From contig NC_086100.1 in the NCBI RefSeq assembly GCF_963921235.1, positions 199,642,001 to 199,706,000 on the forward strand: a stretch of 64,000 nucleotides of DNA, read 5' to 3'. Below are positions 59,381-64,000 of this stretch, piece by piece. This DNA is from Mobula hypostoma. Lineage: Eukaryota. The notes under the pieces were generated by a model, which worked only from the letters and a program-made list of their open reading frames with translations, did not search any database and was not told where the DNA came from. The translations under genes were made by a program, and so were the position numbers. Position 1 is the stretch's first letter. The number at the start of each line of letters is the position of its first letter.

Positions 59381-59877
59381 AAAAGATGAAGCCACACTCA
59401 GGTTGGAGGAACAACACCTTATATTCCGTCTGGGTAGCCTCCAACCTGATGGCATGAACATTGACTTCTCTAACTTCCGCTAGGCCCCACCTCCCCCTCG
59501 TACCCCATCTGTTACTCATTTTTATGTACACATTCTTTCTCTCACTCTCCTTTTTCTCCCTCTGTCCCTCTGAATATACCTCTTGCCCATCCTCTGGGTC
59601 ACCCCGCCCCCCCGTCTTTCCTCCCGGACCTCCTGTCCCATGATCCTCTCGTATCCCCTTTTGCCTATCACCTGTCCAGCTCTCGGCTCTATCCCTCCCC
59701 CTCCTGTCTTCTCCTATCATTTTGCATCTCCCCCCCCCTCCAGCTTTCAAATCCCTTACTCACTCTTCCTTCAGTTAGTCCTGACGAAGGGTCTCGGCCT
59801 GAAACGTCGACTGCGCCTCTTCCTATAGATGCTGCTTGGCCTGCTGCGTTCACCAGCAACTTTGATGTATGTTGCTT
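59381..59877 (+). mobile_element. Penelope-like element 3' fragment (GIY-YIG C-terminus plus terminal region)
   Basis: KDEATLRLEEQHLIFRLGSLQPDGMNIDFSNFR*, pyrimidine tract, hammerhead motif. Confidence 0.85.
59777..59812 (+). ncRNA. Minimal type I hammerhead ribozyme motif
   Basis: AGTC CTGACGA AGG-GTCTCGG-CCT GAAA C GTC GACT: intact CUGANGA and GAAA boxes, GUC site, stems I and II. Confidence 0.8.
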
Positions 59878-62868
59878 CTAGTTCTCATTAATTGATTTTC
59901 AATCAAGGATGTTAATAATAAGCTATGTTCCAATTGGAGTTCAACTCTGTGTTTGTATAGCTCCTTATTGGGGGAAATAGCATATTTTTTATCAACTTCT
60001 TTAATTTTATCAACCAACATAAGTATTTCATTCTTAACACGTCTTTTCAAACCAGCCGAATAGGAAATAATCTGACCACGGATATAAGCTTTAAAAGCGT
60101 CCCAAACAGTTCCATTGGAAACTTCTTCCGTAGTATTAGTTGAAAAGAAGAAATCAATCTGATCCTTTATAAACTTGACAAAATCCGAGTCTTGAAGCAA
60201 AATAGGGTTAAATCGCCATTGTCTATTAGTAGAAGAAGTATCCATTAACTTGATAGAAAGTTTCATTGGAGCATGATCTGAAATGGCGATAATGTCATAA
60301 TTACAATCAATTACAGAAGGGATTAATCGAGAGTCAATAAAAAAATAGTCAATTCAGGAATAAGGACGATGAACATGTGAAAAAAAAGAGAATTCTTTGT
60401 CATTTGGATGTAGAAATCTCCAAATTTCTGAGATCCCAGAATCAAACATAAAAGAGTTAATAAGAGTAGCCGACTTATTCGGTAAAGCCGGACTACCTAT
60501 GGATCTGTCCAACATGGGATTCAAACGTAAATTAAAGTCACCGCCCATTATCAACATATACTCGTTTAAGTTAGGAAAGGAAGTGAATAGGTGTTTAAAA
60601 AATTCAGGATAATCCACATTCGGAGTGTAGACATTAACCATAGCAAGCTTTTTATTGAAAAGTACCCCAGTGATTAATAAAAATCTGCCATTAGGATCTG
60701 AGATAATATCTTGATGAGTAAATGTAATTGAGGGATCTATAAAAATTGAAATGCCTTTAATTTTGGCTTGAGCGTTGGAGTGGTATTGTTGTTTTCTCCA
60801 AAACTTAAAGAAGCGTTGATTATCCTCTTTCCTTACATGAGTTTCTTGTGCAAAAATAATATGAGCATTCAGTCTTTGGAATATTTTGAAAATCTTTTTC
60901 CGTTTTATTGGATGGTTTAAACCATTTGTATTCTAAGAGACAAAATTAATAATGTGAGCCATAATTTAAGATTAACCCTTTGGTAAGTAAAGGGTTAACC
61001 CTAATGTAAACTCATGAAATCGGAAGAGGAATACATGATCAGAGAGGAACCGGAAATCTCGACACTGCGGACATCTTTGTAGTCCTAAATCAGCCCAACA
61101 GAAAAAATTAAAAAAGGAAAAAAAGACTAGCCCACCCACCAACCCCAAGAACCCCGAACTAAGCCAAGGGAGGCTGAAGAAAGCACTAACTAACACTAAC
61201 TCTAACCCTATTTCTGCAGGAGGCAACTCCAAAGATATATGTTATATAGATGACCCCCTGGAAACCGATATATGTAAGAAATAAACACTATAATAAAATA
61301 ATCTACATAATATAATTACTAAAATATATTTAAAAATTAGTATCAATACGTATGATTAGTTATTATAAATGAGTAAGTAAAATATCGTTTCCAAAAAAGA
61401 AAAGGGATTATGGGAAGAAGAAACATAAGAACGTGGCGTCCCAATAAGAACAAAGGAGATTATGTAAAAAGGAAGACCAGTCGCCATTTTAATTATACGG
61501 AAACCAAAAATAAAAAAAACATATAACTAAAACTGATCATCAGATCAAATCGTTAGTAATAATAACGAAAAATAAAAAGTTAAAGAAAAAATTAACTAAA
61601 AGAAAATGATGTTATTCACAAGAAATAAGTATTCTATATAGATTATAGAATAATAACTATAGTAGTAAGCACAATACACAAATCTTGAGCTTATGAAAAA
61701 CTTTCATCGTACGGTGGTAAAAGGTTTGTTTTAAGAAAAACACTAGAAAAAAAGCTGGTGCAGAAAGCACCAGGCATTAATTAAAGAAGGGTATCTGTGT
61801 CAGATGAGTAGTTATCATCCAAAAAGCTTCGAGCGGCGGTTATGGAATGGAAGACACGACGAGATCCATCAGAGAGAGAAATTCTGAGACGTGCAGGGTA
61901 TAAAAGTGCCGGTTTGAGGTTCTTTTGATAACATTCCAACATTAGAGGTTTAATCGCTCCTTCATCACTTCGGGACTATAATCTTGAACTATCCTGAAGG
62001 AATGCTGGTGATATTTGATCATCCCTTGTCGACGAGCAGCCTGGAGAAGCTGTTCTTTAACATTAACATAATGGAAACGAAGAATAACTGGTCTGGGTTT
62101 GGATACAGCCGATGCCGACTTTATCCACGGTATACGATGAGCACGATCAAGTCATGGAGGGTCGTTGGGAAAAACTGAACTGAACGTATCCTTTAAAAGT
62201 TGAGCAAAGAATATTGCAGGGTCTCCAGCCACAACGTCCTCGGGTAAGCCAATTAGGCGTAAGTTTTGTCTTCTCGATCGATTTTCAAGATCGATAACTT
62301 TGGATTTAAGGTGTTGCAGTTGTTTAGTAGTCGAAGCTAAATTCTTCTCTAAGTTCTCAACTTTTGAATCTGTCTTCTGAGACTTACTGTCCAGTTCAGA
62401 AATTTTACCTCCATGTTTTTGAACTTCGCGATCCAGAGATTTCAGAGATTCCGTGATTGATTTTAAATCTTCATTAAGGCTTTGGCGATGTTGTTCAAGT
62501 TGAGCAGATAAACTTTTGGATAATTTTTGCCGATGTTCCTCGAGCTTTACCTCCAGACACTTCATTATAACCTTGTAAGTTGATCCCGTTTGTTTGGAAT
62601 CACCTTTCTTTGTTCCTCCATTCCCGTCAGAGTCTTTCCCATCTTTGGCTTTGGATCTCGTATTTATTTCTTTGAACTCCAAAATTGCAATTTATGAAGA
62701 AATCAGTAAAATCGATGAATCAGTAAGATAGAATAAATCTTCTGGTGTGGATAAAATTAATTAGATCGAGGAGATCATAGGTTAAAAAAGATAACGGGAA
62801 TGGAGCGAAGCCAGAGACGACCTCACTCCATGAGCGCTCCCTGCAGAATCCCATTTCAAGATTATCTT

Positions 62869-64000
62869 ATGCAAAGGCACGGCCTTTGTCCCCTTTCCAA
62901 TGCCCTTAATGATGTTTACTTCTCCAGAGTCTGTCTCCGCACCAAATTCCAAAACGTTCTTTAATATCAGTGACTGGAAAGCTCCAGTATCTCTCCATAT
63001 TCTAACTGGGACTGGGTTTGACCCCTCCTTCACAGACACAAACCCTTCTGAAGTACACCTCTCGAGTCCTTCCTGAACTCGGTTCGACCCCCTTTTCTTC
63101 AGTGTATTTTAGCCGTCTGAACACAGCCAGTTGGGGTTTTCTCTTTCTCCTTTCCTTTCCCCCTTTTCGTAGCAAAACAATTCGACGCCACATGGCCAGG
63201 TTTTCAACAAGAGTAACACTTAAAACTGGGAAATTTTTCCCCCGACCGTTTCCCTTCCTCCTTACTTTTATCACTAATCCCCGGTTTACTCTCTGGTTTA
63301 GCCGGTGGATTATCTCTACTCCCTTGTGGGTTACTCTTAGTGGGGAAAAATTTTACTTTATGAGTTAGGGCATATTTGTCTGCTAACTTAGCAGTTTCTG
63401 ACAGTGTCGCCGCCCTTTTTCATCTAAGGGCGTCCTTATCTCAGCCGAGACGCAGTTTTTAAACTCTTCAATCAACATTAACTCTCTTATGTTGCCAACA
63501 CTCTCAACCGCCCCTTTTGAAGCACACCACCGATCAAAGTATACCCGTTTCTCATGGGCAAACTCCCCATATGTTTGGTTCCAGGACTTCCTCAAACTTT
63601 GAAACCTTTGTCTGTACACCTCTGGGACTAACTCATAAGCCTTAAACACAGCATCCTTCACTTTTTTATAATCCTTTGCGTCTTCGAGAGACAGGGCTGC
63701 ATATGCTTGCTGAGCCTTTCCCTTAGCCGCACTTTGTAATAACACTGCCCATTGCTCCTGCGGCCACTCCCGATTACGGGCCACTTTCTCGAAATGTAGG
63801 AAATACCTATCAATTTTGGCTTCATCAAATGGAGGTACTAACTTGATTTCTCGACTGACACTAAACCCCTCCTCACGGTTCACCATCTGAGCGTTCTGTT
63901 GCCATCTCTCCCTTTCAAATGCTCTCTGTCTCTCTGCCTCTTCTCTGTTTCTCTGCCTCTCTAACCTCATGGATCCTCTGTTTTTCTGCGGCCTCAGCCT
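62869..64000 (-). mobile_element. Gypsy LTR retrotransposon gag-protease fragment (SCAN-like capsid, CCHC knuckle, aspartic protease)
   Basis: KLVPPFDE..YFLHFEKVA..AYELVPEVYRQRF..ELMLIEEFKNC; CYSC*KPGHVASNC; RDTGAFQSLI; frameshifted; continues beyond window. Confidence 0.88.

Larger units (their letters stand above)
52079..62851 (-). mobile_element. Full-length L1-clade LINE, decayed, with three nested insertions
   Basis: ORF1 (coiled coil, DLENRSRRQNLRLIGLPE, ~61780-62682); ORF2 from ATG 60962 with APE, RT (SLDAEKAFDRVEW, GTRQGCPLSP, LYADD) and CCHC (CDRC..HMFWSC); 17-bp repeat CATTTCAAGATTATCTT at 52062-52078 and 62852-62868. Confidence 0.93.

Noticed and set aside
58575..59750. 391-aa chimeric RT ORF as a new gene
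   Set aside because: Chance read-through from antisense Penelope sequence into L1 RT and out into the retroposon tail.
63383..63970. Host SCAN zinc-finger gene
   Set aside because: Followed by a CCHC knuckle and DTG protease with frameshifts and no C2H2 array: Gypsy gag-pro.

Overview
Eukaryotic, almost entirely transposon-derived DNA. The repertoire (CR1 LINEs with SGNH-esterase ORF1, Rex1/Babar LINEs, L1, Penelope-like remnants, Tc1, a KIAA1586-like hAT, Gypsy) suggests a cartilaginous fish such as a ray or shark; this is inference. I recognise no named host gene, rRNA, true tRNA or CRISPR array. Architecture: (i) a near-identical 17.09 kb tandem duplication (9204-26294 / 26295-43372); (ii) an older inverted duplication (1-10074 vs 21166-24917); (iii) a hAT transposon whose two ends and perfect 8-bp target duplication lie 14.9 kb apart (36217-51126) and enclose inverted copies of neighbouring exon-like sequence; (iv) a full-length L1 (52079-62851) holding a CR1, a non-coding retroelement with a predicted HDV-like ribozyme at its 5' end, and a Penelope fragment with a minimal hammerhead; (v) splice-site-bounded repeated exons of an unidentified putative gene encoding PRPVP(A/G)PR modules. 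All alignments and RNA folds were done by eye and need computational confirmation.
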